From Candidatus Binatia bacterium (GTDB taxonomy: Bacteria > Desulfobacterota > Binatia > UBA9968 > JAJDTQ01), in the NCBI GenBank assembly GCA_963666515.2, contig OY762897.2, positions 1,344,001 through 1,408,000 of the forward strand: a DNA stretch of 64,000 nt. The letters run 5' to 3'. The notes beneath the pieces were generated by a model that was not told where the DNA came from, made no database searches, and saw only the letters and a program-made list of their open reading frames with translations. Of this stretch, positions 56,588 through 64,000 are shown in pieces. Both the position numbers and the translations under genes were made by a program. The number at the start of each line of letters is the position of its first letter. Position 1 is the stretch's first letter.

Positions 56588-57858
56588 TGCGTATCCGGGA
56601 GCTTGTAACCGCGTGCCGCGAGCGCGGCGACCTGTGCACCGTCGGCGAAGCCATCGACCGGGAGTCCATGCCCGGACGGATCCAGGACGAGGAGAAGAAC
56701 GGCAACCGCGCCATCCTGTTCGAGCGCGTCAACGGCTATGACGTGCCGGTGCTGGCCAACCTCTACGGCACCATGGAGCGTTACGCCCTGGGCCTGGGTA
56801 CGGATGTCGCGAAGATGTGGGAGCACTTCGACCACGCGGTGGCGCATCCGGAGCCCGTGCTGGAGGCCGCGGACGCCCCCTGCTTCGAGGTAGTGCACGA
56901 CGACCCGGACATCACGAAGATCCTGCCGCTGGCGCAGTACTCGGAACGGGACGCCGGCCCCTACATCACCTCCGGGGTGGTGTTCATGAAGGACCCGGAC
57001 TCGGGGCGCGTCAACATCTCCTTCATCCGCCACATGGTGAAGGGCCCCAAGAAGCTGGGTTTCAACCCCAAGTCGGTGCACAACCGGCTCTACTACAACC
57101 GCATCGCCCGCAAGGGGCGGCGGATGGAAGTGGCCATCACCCTGGGGCCGCCGTCGGAGATGCTGGCCGCGGCCGCGGGCTACATCCCGGAGGGGGTGGA
57201 CGAGGTCCAGGTGGCCACGGCGCTGGCCGCGCCGGAGCACCGCGGCGAGCTGGCCATGGCCCAATGCGGCGCCGTGGACATCCAGGTGCCGGCGGGGTGC
57301 GAGTTCGTCATCGAGGGGGTGGTGTCCACCGACCTGGAGACCGAGGGCCCGTTCGGCGACTGGACCGGCTGCTACGCCCGGCCGCAACAGAAGCCCACCC
57401 TGGACATCCTGCGAGTGTCGCACCGCCAGGACCCGGTGTACCAGACCATCCTGCCGGTGGACTCCAGGGAGCAGATCCTGCTCACCATCGTGCGGTTCTT
57501 GCCGGAGCTGGAGGCGATCCAGCGCAAGTATCCCGAGATCAAGCGTTACACGGTGCCCGACTACGCTTTGGGGCGACTGGTGGTGGCCGCGGTGGGACCC
57601 ACCGAGCGGGCGCCTGCGATCATGGACGACTACCTCGGGATCCAGTGCATCAACCGCGCCATCCTGGTGAACGAGGACGTGAACATCGACGACCCCGCTG
57701 ACGTGCTCTGGGCCGTGAGCAACCGTATCCTGGAGCCGGAGAAGGTGGTGGACCGGGGCTGCGACGACGAGTGGTGGAACAACTTGAAGCTGGGAATCGA
57801 CACCATGGTGGACATCGACGACATCCGCCATGTGCGGCCCAGGATCATCCACCGCTGA
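56587..57858 (+). CDS. UbiD-family decarboxylase
   Basis: RDAGPYITSG, NISFIR, VPAGCEFVIEG, EGPFGDWTG, KLGID; ATG overlaps the coxL-like stop (TGATG). Confidence 0.9.
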   Translation: MRIRELVTACRERGDLCTVGEAIDRESMPGRIQDEEKNGNRAILFERVNGYDVPVLANLYGTMERYALGLGTDVAKMWEHFDHAVAHPEPVLEAADAPCFEVVHDDPDITKILPLAQYSERDAGPYITSGVVFMKDPDSGRVNISFIRHMVKGPKKLGFNPKSVHNRLYYNRIARKGRRMEVAITLGPPSEMLAAAAGYIPEGVDEVQVATALAAPEHRGELAMAQCGAVDIQVPAGCEFVIEGVVSTDLETEGPFGDWTGCYARPQQKPTLDILRVSHRQDPVYQTILPVDSREQILLTIVRFLPELEAIQRKYPEIKRYTVPDYALGRLVVAAVGPTERAPAIMDDYLGIQCINRAILVNEDVNIDDPADVLWAVSNRILEPEKVVDRGCDDEWWNNLKLGIDTMVDIDDIRHVRPRIIHR

Positions 57859-57919
57859 GCGCGAGAGTATCCCCGACCCCTGGTGACTGCCTGAAGCGAA
57901 CCGAGCACTGGAGCCGACC

Positions 57920-58591
57920 ATGCCCAAGCTCATCGACCTGAGCCTGCCGCTGACCGCCAACGTCACCGTGGTGCCGGGCCATCCGACGCTGTCATTCCAC
58001 CCGATCCACCAGCACGAGACCCACGGGCGATCCAACACCGAGATGCGCGCCAGCATCCACACCGGCACCCACTGCGACCCGCCGTATCACTTCGTGCCGG
58101 GCGGCAAGACCATCGACCAGATGCCGCTGGAGCGTTTCATGGGCCCCGCGGTCAAGATAGACCTGCGGCGCAAGGTGAAGCCCAGGACCGGCATCACCAT
58201 CGACGACGTGCGCACCTCGCCGGGCTTTCGCGAGCGCGACCTCAAGGGAAGGATCGTGGTGTTCCACACGGGCTGGAACCGCAAGATGTTCGGCGAGCCC
58301 AACTACTACTTCGACAACCCGTTCATCACCGTCGAGCTGGCGCGCTGGCTGGTGTCCAAGCGCATCAAGGCGCTGGCCCTGGACTCGCCCCAGGACCAGG
58401 TGCAGGGGAAGGGCGAGCCGCGCCCCGGCGACTTCCCGGTGCACCGGACCTTCCTGGGCAAGGGCATCCCGTTCATCGAGCACCTGGCCAACCTGCACAA
58501 GGTGCGGCAGCGCACGTTCACGCTGATCGCCTTTCCCATCAAGATAGAGGGCGGAGACGGGGCGCCGTGCCGGGCGGTGGCGGTGGTGTAG
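57920..58591 (+). CDS. Cyclase family protein (kynurenine formamidase-like)
   Basis: LIDLS, HTGTHCDPPYH, VHRTFL...IEHL, PIKIEGGDGAPCRAVA. Confidence 0.92.
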   Translation: MPKLIDLSLPLTANVTVVPGHPTLSFHPIHQHETHGRSNTEMRASIHTGTHCDPPYHFVPGGKTIDQMPLERFMGPAVKIDLRRKVKPRTGITIDDVRTSPGFRERDLKGRIVVFHTGWNRKMFGEPNYYFDNPFITVELARWLVSKRIKALALDSPQDQVQGKGEPRPGDFPVHRTFLGKGIPFIEHLANLHKVRQRTFTLIAFPIKIEGGDGAPCRAVAVV

Positions 58592-58601
58592 CGGCAAACA
58601 C

Positions 58602-58640
58602 AAAACCGCCCCTTCCCGGTTTACGCGGAAAGGGGCGGTT
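58602..58640. terminator. Hairpin between convergent genes (probable intrinsic terminator)
   Basis: AAAACCGCCCCTTCC-loop-GGAAAGGGGCGGTT; the A-run gives a U-tract for the minus-strand tctC transcript. Confidence 0.7.
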
Positions 58641-58673
58641 CACGGCGTCAGCCGCAGGCGGTTGGCTGAACCC

Positions 58674-59711
58674 TCACTTGGGCAGCATCCACTTGAGGCG
58701 TTCCTTGGTATCCGGTGACATGGACAGGATCGTGTCCGTGTGCTTCTCGGCTTCCTCGCCGGATACGTAGACGACGTTCAGCTTCGACTTCTTGGCGTCT
58801 GCCAGGAAGGCCGGGTCCTTGAGGGTGTCGGCATAGGCCTTGCGCCAAGCCGCCACACGGTCCTTGGGGGTGCCTGGCGGCAGCGTCACCGGCCGCTGGA
58901 AGTTGTACTGCACCGCCCAGGCGTTGAGCATCTCCACGTTGTCCTTGCCCTGGACCAGGTCCGTCACACGCGGCAGGCCCTTCACTTCCTTGTCTGGCGG
59001 GCTGCCGTGGACCAGGATCGGGATCAGCTTGTCGTCGCCCTTGGCGTCGAGCATGGAGCGCGCCGTGACACGCATGGACTCGAACGCCATGCACACGCCG
59101 CCCAGCTCCCTGGCCTGCAAGGCCAGCCGTATGATCGCCGTGCCCTTGTAACCGGGAACGATGTCGAAGATTTTCTTGCCGGAGGCGATGTTGAGGATGG
59201 TGGGCAGGGTGGTGCCGGTTCCGCCCGCCGATCCGACCTTGAGGGGCTTCCCGGACTTCACCAAGTCGTCCCAACTTTTGAGGCCGGTGAATCCCATCAC
59301 CGCGCAGCTCGGCCAACCGGTCACGGGTGCGCCGACCCAGCCGTAGTTCCGGCCCTTGAAGTTCACGCGCCGGGAGCCCAGCGCCTCGTGCAGCAGGAAC
59401 ACGTTGTTCCAGACGCCGACGGTCAGGCCGTCGGGCTTGACCTTGTTGTAGAGGTAGTTGGCGACGATGAGGCCGCCCGCGCCGGTCAGGTTCTGCACCA
59501 CCGGGGTCGGGTTGCCGGGAAAATGCTTGCTGATGTGGCGCGCGGCGGTGCGGGTATAGGTGTCGTAGCCGCCGCCGGGCGAGGCGCCGACGATGAACCG
59601 GATGGTCTTGCCCTTGAAGAACTTCTCGACGCCGAAGGCGTTGCCCGACACGCCCAGGACGAGCGCCAGCGCAATGCTCAGGCTGATGATTCCAACGACT
59701 GCTCGCTTCAT
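58674..59711 (-). CDS. Bug/TctC-family tripartite tricarboxylate transporter substrate-binding protein
   Basis: Signal peptide, KTIRFIVGASPGGGYDTY.R, VVQNLTGAGG, KPDGLT, PGYKG, PPGTPKDRV. Confidence 0.93.
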   Translation of the reverse strand: MKRAVVGIISLSIALALVLGVSGNAFGVEKFFKGKTIRFIVGASPGGGYDTYTRTAARHISKHFPGNPTPVVQNLTGAGGLIVANYLYNKVKPDGLTVGVWNNVFLLHEALGSRRVNFKGRNYGWVGAPVTGWPSCAVMGFTGLKSWDDLVKSGKPLKVGSAGGTGTTLPTILNIASGKKIFDIVPGYKGTAIIRLALQARELGGVCMAFESMRVTARSMLDAKGDDKLIPILVHGSPPDKEVKGLPRVTDLVQGKDNVEMLNAWAVQYNFQRPVTLPPGTPKDRVAAWRKAYADTLKDPAFLADAKKSKLNVVYVSGEEAEKHTDTILSMSPDTKERLKWMLPK

Positions 59712-59768
59712 GTGTGGACTCCTCCGTTGGTCGTTTCGGCTTGACGATCGGGGCGACCGCTCACCCGT

Positions 59769-60797
59769 TTACTTGGGCAGCATCCAGTTCAGCCGCTCCT
59801 TGGTCTCCTCGGACAGGTTCAGCATGATTTCCACGTACTCGTCGATCCGCTCTCCGGACACGTACTCGACGTTCAGGCGTGACTTCTTGGCGTCCGCCAG
59901 AAAGGCGGGGTCGCTGAGGGTGGCGGCGTAGGCCTTGCGCCACGCGGCCACGCGTTCCTTGGGGGTTCCCGGAGCGAGGGTCAGCGGCCGCTGAAAGTTG
60001 TACTGCAAGGCCCAGGCGTTGAGCATGGCCACGTTGTCCTTGCCCTTGACGAGGTCGGCTACACGCGGGATGCCCTGTACTTCGGGATCCGGCGGATTGC
60101 CGTGAACGAGAATAGGGATCAGCTCGTCACCGCCCTTGGCGTCGAGCATCGAACGGGCGGTCACCCGCATGGACTCGAACGACATGCAGACCCCGCCCAG
60201 CTCTCTTGCCTGCATGGCCAGCCGCACCGGCGCGGTACCCCTGTAGCCGGGAATGATCTCGAAGATCTTCTTGCCGGTCGCCATGTTCAAGATGGTCGGC
60301 AGCGTGGTGCCGGTTCCACCGGCCGATCCCACCTTGAGGGGCTTGCCCGACTTGACCAGATCGTCCCAGCTCTTGAGGCCGGTGAATCCCATCACCGCGC
60401 AACTCGGCCACCCGGTGACGGGAGCGCCGACCCAGCCGAACTTCCGCGCGTCGAACTTGACCCGTCTGCTGCCCAGGGCCTGATGCACCACGAACTGGTT
60501 GTTCCACACGCCCACGGTCAGACCGTTGGGCTTGGTCTTGTTGTAGATGTAGTTGCCGGCGATGAGGCCGCCGGCGCCGGTGAGGTTCTGCACCACCGGC
60601 GTGGGCTTGCCCGGAAAGTGTTTGGTGATGTGGCGGGCGGTAGTCCGGGTATAGGTATCGTAGCCGCCGCCCGGCGCATGACCCACGATGAACCGGATGG
60701 TCTTGCCCTTGTAGAAGTCCGCCACGCTCCACGCCGGCCCCGACATGAGCGCCAAGGCTATGCCTGCCGTTGCCACGGCAGTGAGTGTCCGTACCAT
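59769..60797 (-). CDS. Bug/TctC-family substrate-binding protein (tandem paralogue)
   Basis: Same motifs as the neighbouring gene, with long stretches of identical protein sequence; start at MVRTLT. Confidence 0.93.
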   Translation of the reverse strand: MVRTLTAVATAGIALALMSGPAWSVADFYKGKTIRFIVGHAPGGGYDTYTRTTARHITKHFPGKPTPVVQNLTGAGGLIAGNYIYNKTKPNGLTVGVWNNQFVVHQALGSRRVKFDARKFGWVGAPVTGWPSCAVMGFTGLKSWDDLVKSGKPLKVGSAGGTGTTLPTILNMATGKKIFEIIPGYRGTAPVRLAMQARELGGVCMSFESMRVTARSMLDAKGGDELIPILVHGNPPDPEVQGIPRVADLVKGKDNVAMLNAWALQYNFQRPLTLAPGTPKERVAAWRKAYAATLSDPAFLADAKKSRLNVEYVSGERIDEYVEIMLNLSEETKERLNWMLPK

Positions 60798-60973
60798 TGT
60801 AAGCTCCCTTCCTGGATGGTGGAATGCACCGTTGCTAGAAGGCACACACAATGCAAGACGGCAGGAAGATTGTCAAGAACGGGAGGGACCTCGGGCGGCG
60901 GGCCTGTTGCCTGTCCGGGCCCCGTGTTATAGGTGCTGGTGGCCTTACAGACACCGATGGAGAGGTACGAACC

Positions 60974-61900
60974 ATGCTGAGCCAGCAAGAGATCGCGAGC
61001 ACGGTGACCGCGTTGTGGAAGAGCAACCAGTATGATCTTCCCGAGGACTTCAAGTCGTTCCTGCAGGAGCAGCACGACAAGGAGACCAGCGAGCTGGGGA
61101 AGGCTCACCTCAAGGCCAACCTGGACGCGGTGGCCACCGCTTCGGCCCGGAACATGCCTTTCTGCGCGGACACCGGGCTGTTGACCTACTACATCGGCCT
61201 CGGCACCGCGGTGATCGGCGAGATCGAGGGCGGCTACCAGGCGCTGGAGCGGACGCTGCGGGAGGTGAGCGCCGAGGTCACCTCGGACATCCCGCTCCGT
61301 CCCAACGCGGTGCATCCCATCACGCGCCACAACCCCAACACCAACCAGGGTCCCGGCTGCCCCGACATCAAGGTGCGGGTGGTGCCGGACGCGGACTACC
61401 TGGAGATCACCAACGTGGCCGTGGGCGGCGGCCCCGAGCTGGTGGGCAGCAAGTTCACCGTGCTGCCGCCCACCGCTGGCGAGAAGGGCGTACGGAAGTT
61501 CGTGGTGGAGTCCACCATCAACCTGGTGCGGCTCGGCGCCACCTGCTCGCCCAACCTCGTGGGCGTGGGGCTGGGCGGCACCTTCGAGACCTGCACGCGC
61601 ATGGCCAAGGAAGCGGCGATCCTGAGGCCGGTGGGCGACCGCAACCCCGACCCCGAGCTGGCCCGGCTGGAGGACCAGCTCATGGACGACATCCTGCGGC
61701 TCAAGCTGGGGCCCATGGGCATGGGCGGCTCCACCTCGGCCTTCGACGTCCACCTGGAGATGGCCTACTGCCACATGGCGACCCTTCCCGTGGCGGTGTA
61801 CCTCCAGTGCGCGGCCATGCGCCGCACCACCGTGCGCATGTACGCGGACGGCCGGGTCGAAAGCCTGCCGCTGTCGAGCTGGATGGAGCGGGATTCGTGA
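60974..61900 (+). CDS. Fe-S hydro-lyase, tartrate dehydratase/class I fumarase alpha subunit-like
   Basis: PFCADTG, PLRPNAV, GGGPEL, TCSP..VGVGLGGT, LGPMGMGG, CHMATLPVAV..QCAA.R. Confidence 0.9.
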   Translation: MLSQQEIASTVTALWKSNQYDLPEDFKSFLQEQHDKETSELGKAHLKANLDAVATASARNMPFCADTGLLTYYIGLGTAVIGEIEGGYQALERTLREVSAEVTSDIPLRPNAVHPITRHNPNTNQGPGCPDIKVRVVPDADYLEITNVAVGGGPELVGSKFTVLPPTAGEKGVRKFVVESTINLVRLGATCSPNLVGVGLGGTFETCTRMAKEAAILRPVGDRNPDPELARLEDQLMDDILRLKLGPMGMGGSTSAFDVHLEMAYCHMATLPVAVYLQCAAMRRTTVRMYADGRVESLPLSSWMERDS

Positions 61901-61951
61901 ACCGCGGACAACGCCATCGTCCGGCGGACTCCATGACCATCACCCGGGGTC

Positions 61952-62707
61952 TTGCTGCTTGACGCCGCCACCATCCTGGCGATCGCCGGAACCTTCCTGA
62001 TCGCGGGCACGGTCAAGGGGGTCGTCGGTCTCGGCCTCCCCTCGATCAGCCTCGCGCTGCTGGCGGTGGCCCTCGATCTGACCAATGCAATGGCCGTTCT
62101 CCTCGTGCCGTCCCTCGCCACCAACATATGGCAGGCGACAACCGGCGGCCACGGGCGGGTCCTTCTGCGCCGGATGTGGCTGTTCCTGCTGGCGGCGACG
62201 ACCACCGTGCTGCTCGGAGCGTCCGCGCTGACTCGCGTCGAGCTGTCGCTGCTGACCGCACTTCTCGGGTTGCTGCTGCTGGCGTACGGCGCCGCGAGTC
62301 TCGTCGGACAGCGATTCCGCCTCGAAACCCGTCATGAGAAGTGGGTCGGGGCGCTGGCCGGACTCGTGAACGGGGTCTTCACCGGTATGACGGGATGCTT
62401 CGCCGTGCCCGGGTTGATGTACCTTCAATCGCTCGGTTTCTCCAAAGATGCGCTGATCCAGGCCATGGGAATGCTGTTCACGGTTTCCACGGTGGCTCTC
62501 GGGTTCGCGCTTCACGCCAACCACCTGCTGCGCCTGGAGCACGGCTTCGTTTCCACCCTGGCCCTGCTGCCGGCCATGGCGGGAATGGTCATCGGGCAGC
62601 GAATCCGCAACCGGCTCTCCGAGCAGTCGTTCCGGAAGGTATTCTTTCTTGCTCTCCTTGCGTTGGGCGCGTACCTGGCCTCGGGCGCGTTCGGCAGCTT
62701 GCAATGA
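61952..62707 (+). CDS. TauE/SafE-family membrane exporter
   Basis: AGTVKGVVGLGLP, PSLATNIWQ, G..NG...GMTG, about eight TM segments. Confidence 0.88.
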   Translation: MLLDAATILAIAGTFLIAGTVKGVVGLGLPSISLALLAVALDLTNAMAVLLVPSLATNIWQATTGGHGRVLLRRMWLFLLAATTTVLLGASALTRVELSLLTALLGLLLLAYGAASLVGQRFRLETRHEKWVGALAGLVNGVFTGMTGCFAVPGLMYLQSLGFSKDALIQAMGMLFTVSTVALGFALHANHLLRLEHGFVSTLALLPAMAGMVIGQRIRNRLSEQSFRKVFFLALLALGAYLASGAFGSLQ

Positions 62708-62753
62708 CGGGGGCGTCCACATAGGCTGCACAACGGTCCGGGAGGAGGATGAC

Positions 62754-63362
62754 ATGAAGTCGGTCCATCTGCAGAGTCCGGTATCCGGGGAAGCCCTGCG
62801 CGCTCTCGACGCCGGCGATTCGGTCACCATCAGCGGGCGCCTGTTCACCTGCAGGTCGCTGACCTATGACCGCCTGATCGATCCCGAGGGAGGGGAGGGC
62901 GTCCGCAACCGCCTGAAGGAGCTGGGCGCGGAAACCGTGTTCCACAGCGGCCCGCTGGTCAAGGAAGGGCCGGACCACGCCGAGATGATCGCCATGGTGC
63001 CCATGCCGAGCTGGCTCGCCGGACGCGAGAAGATCGAGAAGGCCGTCGGCCTGCTGGGCCTCAAGCTGATCATCGGCAAGGGCATGCTCGAAGGGCTGGA
63101 AGAGTTCTGCAAGAAGTCCGGCTGCGTGCACCTGGTGTGCGCCGGCAACTACAACGAGTACGCCGCACGGGTGACACGGGTCATCGAATGCGTCTGGCCC
63201 GAGCTGGGCCGCCCCGAGGCCATGTGGATCGTGGAGGTGGACGCGCTGGGCCCGCTGATCGTCGACGCAGACACCAAGGGCAAGAGCCTGTACCAGGACA
63301 TCGACGAGGACTTCAAGTCCGACGCCGCGGCGCTGCTGGAAGAGCTGGATATCAAATTGTAG
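62754..63362 (+). CDS. Fe-S hydro-lyase beta subunit-like
   Basis: L.AGDSVTISGRLFTCR, VFHSGP, IIGKG, ELGRPEAMW, GPLIV..DTKGKSLY; GGAGG RBS. Confidence 0.88.
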   Translation: MKSVHLQSPVSGEALRALDAGDSVTISGRLFTCRSLTYDRLIDPEGGEGVRNRLKELGAETVFHSGPLVKEGPDHAEMIAMVPMPSWLAGREKIEKAVGLLGLKLIIGKGMLEGLEEFCKKSGCVHLVCAGNYNEYAARVTRVIECVWPELGRPEAMWIVEVDALGPLIVDADTKGKSLYQDIDEDFKSDAAALLEELDIKL

Positions 63363-63381
63363 GGGCGACCGCCGGTCGCCC
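63359..63381 (+). repeat. GTAG-type REP (family C) between convergent genes
   Basis: GTAG-GGGCGACC-GCC-GGTCGCCC; only one copy in the window. Confidence 0.55.
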
Positions 63382-64000
63382 TAAAACCCCGGAGCCACCT
63401 TCTTCCGCTCAACCCCATCCCACGTGTCGATGACTTCCCGGTGGGACGCCACCGCGCCGAACTGGCGGCGGGTGTTCTCCAGGGTGCCCTCGTGGAGCAC
63501 CGGGTCCGGACCCGCCATGCAGTCCTCCACCATGGTGACGTAGTAGTCCAGCATGAAGGCGTCCCGCATGGTGCTTTCCACGCACACGTTGGTGGCCACG
63601 CCGGTCAGCAGCACGCTCTCGATGCCCTTGGCCTTGAGGATGGTGTCGAGGTCGGTGTTGATGAAGGCGCTGTAACGGTGCTTGATCACCACCCGCTCGT
63701 CCGCCCGGGGCTCGATGCCGTCGAAGAAGTCGACGCCCCAGGAGCCTTCGCGGCAGGTCTCGGTATCGGCGCCCTCGGGCTTGCGGTAGAGCCAGGGCTC
63801 GGTGTCGGTCCACTCGCTGTGGACGGTCTGGATGTAGATGATGGGCAGGCTCACCTCGCGCGCCTCGTCGATGAGCTCGTAGAGGTTGGGCATCATCTCC
63901 AGACCCGGTTTGATGTCCATGCCGCGCCTGGCGCACGCCCCATCGGGGCTGCAGAAGTCGTTCTGCACGTCCACCACGATAAGCCCCGCCAGCTTGGGGT
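63381..64000 (-). CDS. Isochorismatase-family cysteine hydrolase; 5' end beyond window
   Basis: LIVVDVQNDFC, KHRYSAF, TGVATNVCVESTMRDA. Confidence 0.93.
   Translation of the reverse strand, partial: PKLAGLIVVDVQNDFCSPDGACARRGMDIKPGLEMMPNLYELIDEAREVSLPIIYIQTVHSEWTDTEPWLYRKPEGADTETCREGSWGVDFFDGIEPRADERVVIKHRYSAFINTDLDTILKAKGIESVLLTGVATNVCVESTMRDAFMLDYYVTMVEDCMAGPDPVLHEGTLENTRRQFGAVASHREVIDTWDGVERKKVAPGF

Noticed and set aside
58674-60797. Recent gene conversion between tctC paralogues
   Set aside because: The protein-identical stretch has many third-position differences, which argues against recent conversion.
1-64000. CRISPR array, rRNA, transposase or integrase
   Set aside because: No regularly spaced repeat-spacer run, rRNA-like sequence or recombinase motifs were seen; the repeats present are dispersed palindromes.

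Overview
This is a GC-rich bacterial chromosomal window with about 60 CDS, one tRNA-Arg(CCG) and three families of short palindromic (REP-like) repeats. From left to right it holds: (i) an NHEJ locus, with ligD (cut by the window edge) divergent from ku, and an IrrE/ImmA-family zinc metallopeptidase directly after ku; (ii) an aromatic/N-heterocycle catabolic run (3-hydroxyanthranilate dioxygenase-like, ferritin-like, amidohydrolase, SDR, UbiD); (iii) a Phd-VapC toxin-antitoxin (TA) pair, ComF, a P450 and a purine PRTase plus BMP-type ABC transporter; (iv) a more AT-rich defence-type island of about 11.4 kb ending at the tRNA 3' end (type I R-M with a half-size HsdS, a 1358-aa HigA-HTH fusion protein, an RHH-VapC TA pair, an AAA_14/DUF4143 ATPase); (v) housekeeping genes interrupted by an ABC-type ATPase plus TOPRIM-like pair; (vi) a long catabolic cluster (CoA-transferase, double-hotdog dehydratase, two flavoproteins, fused TctAB, a CoxMSL-type molybdoenzyme, UbiD, cyclase), two TctC paralogues and a split Fe-S hydro-lyase. 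The best candidate for an undescribed system is the ligD/ku/irrE locus. Ku carries an extra C-terminal segment of about 88 aa whose end resembles the IrrE-cleaved region of DdrO-type repressors. The protease ends in a beta-clamp-binding-like motif (QGELF), and a perfect 17-bp palindrome sits in the shared promoter region. Together these suggest NHEJ gated by a damage-activated protease. All family calls come from motif recognition by eye; no searches were run.
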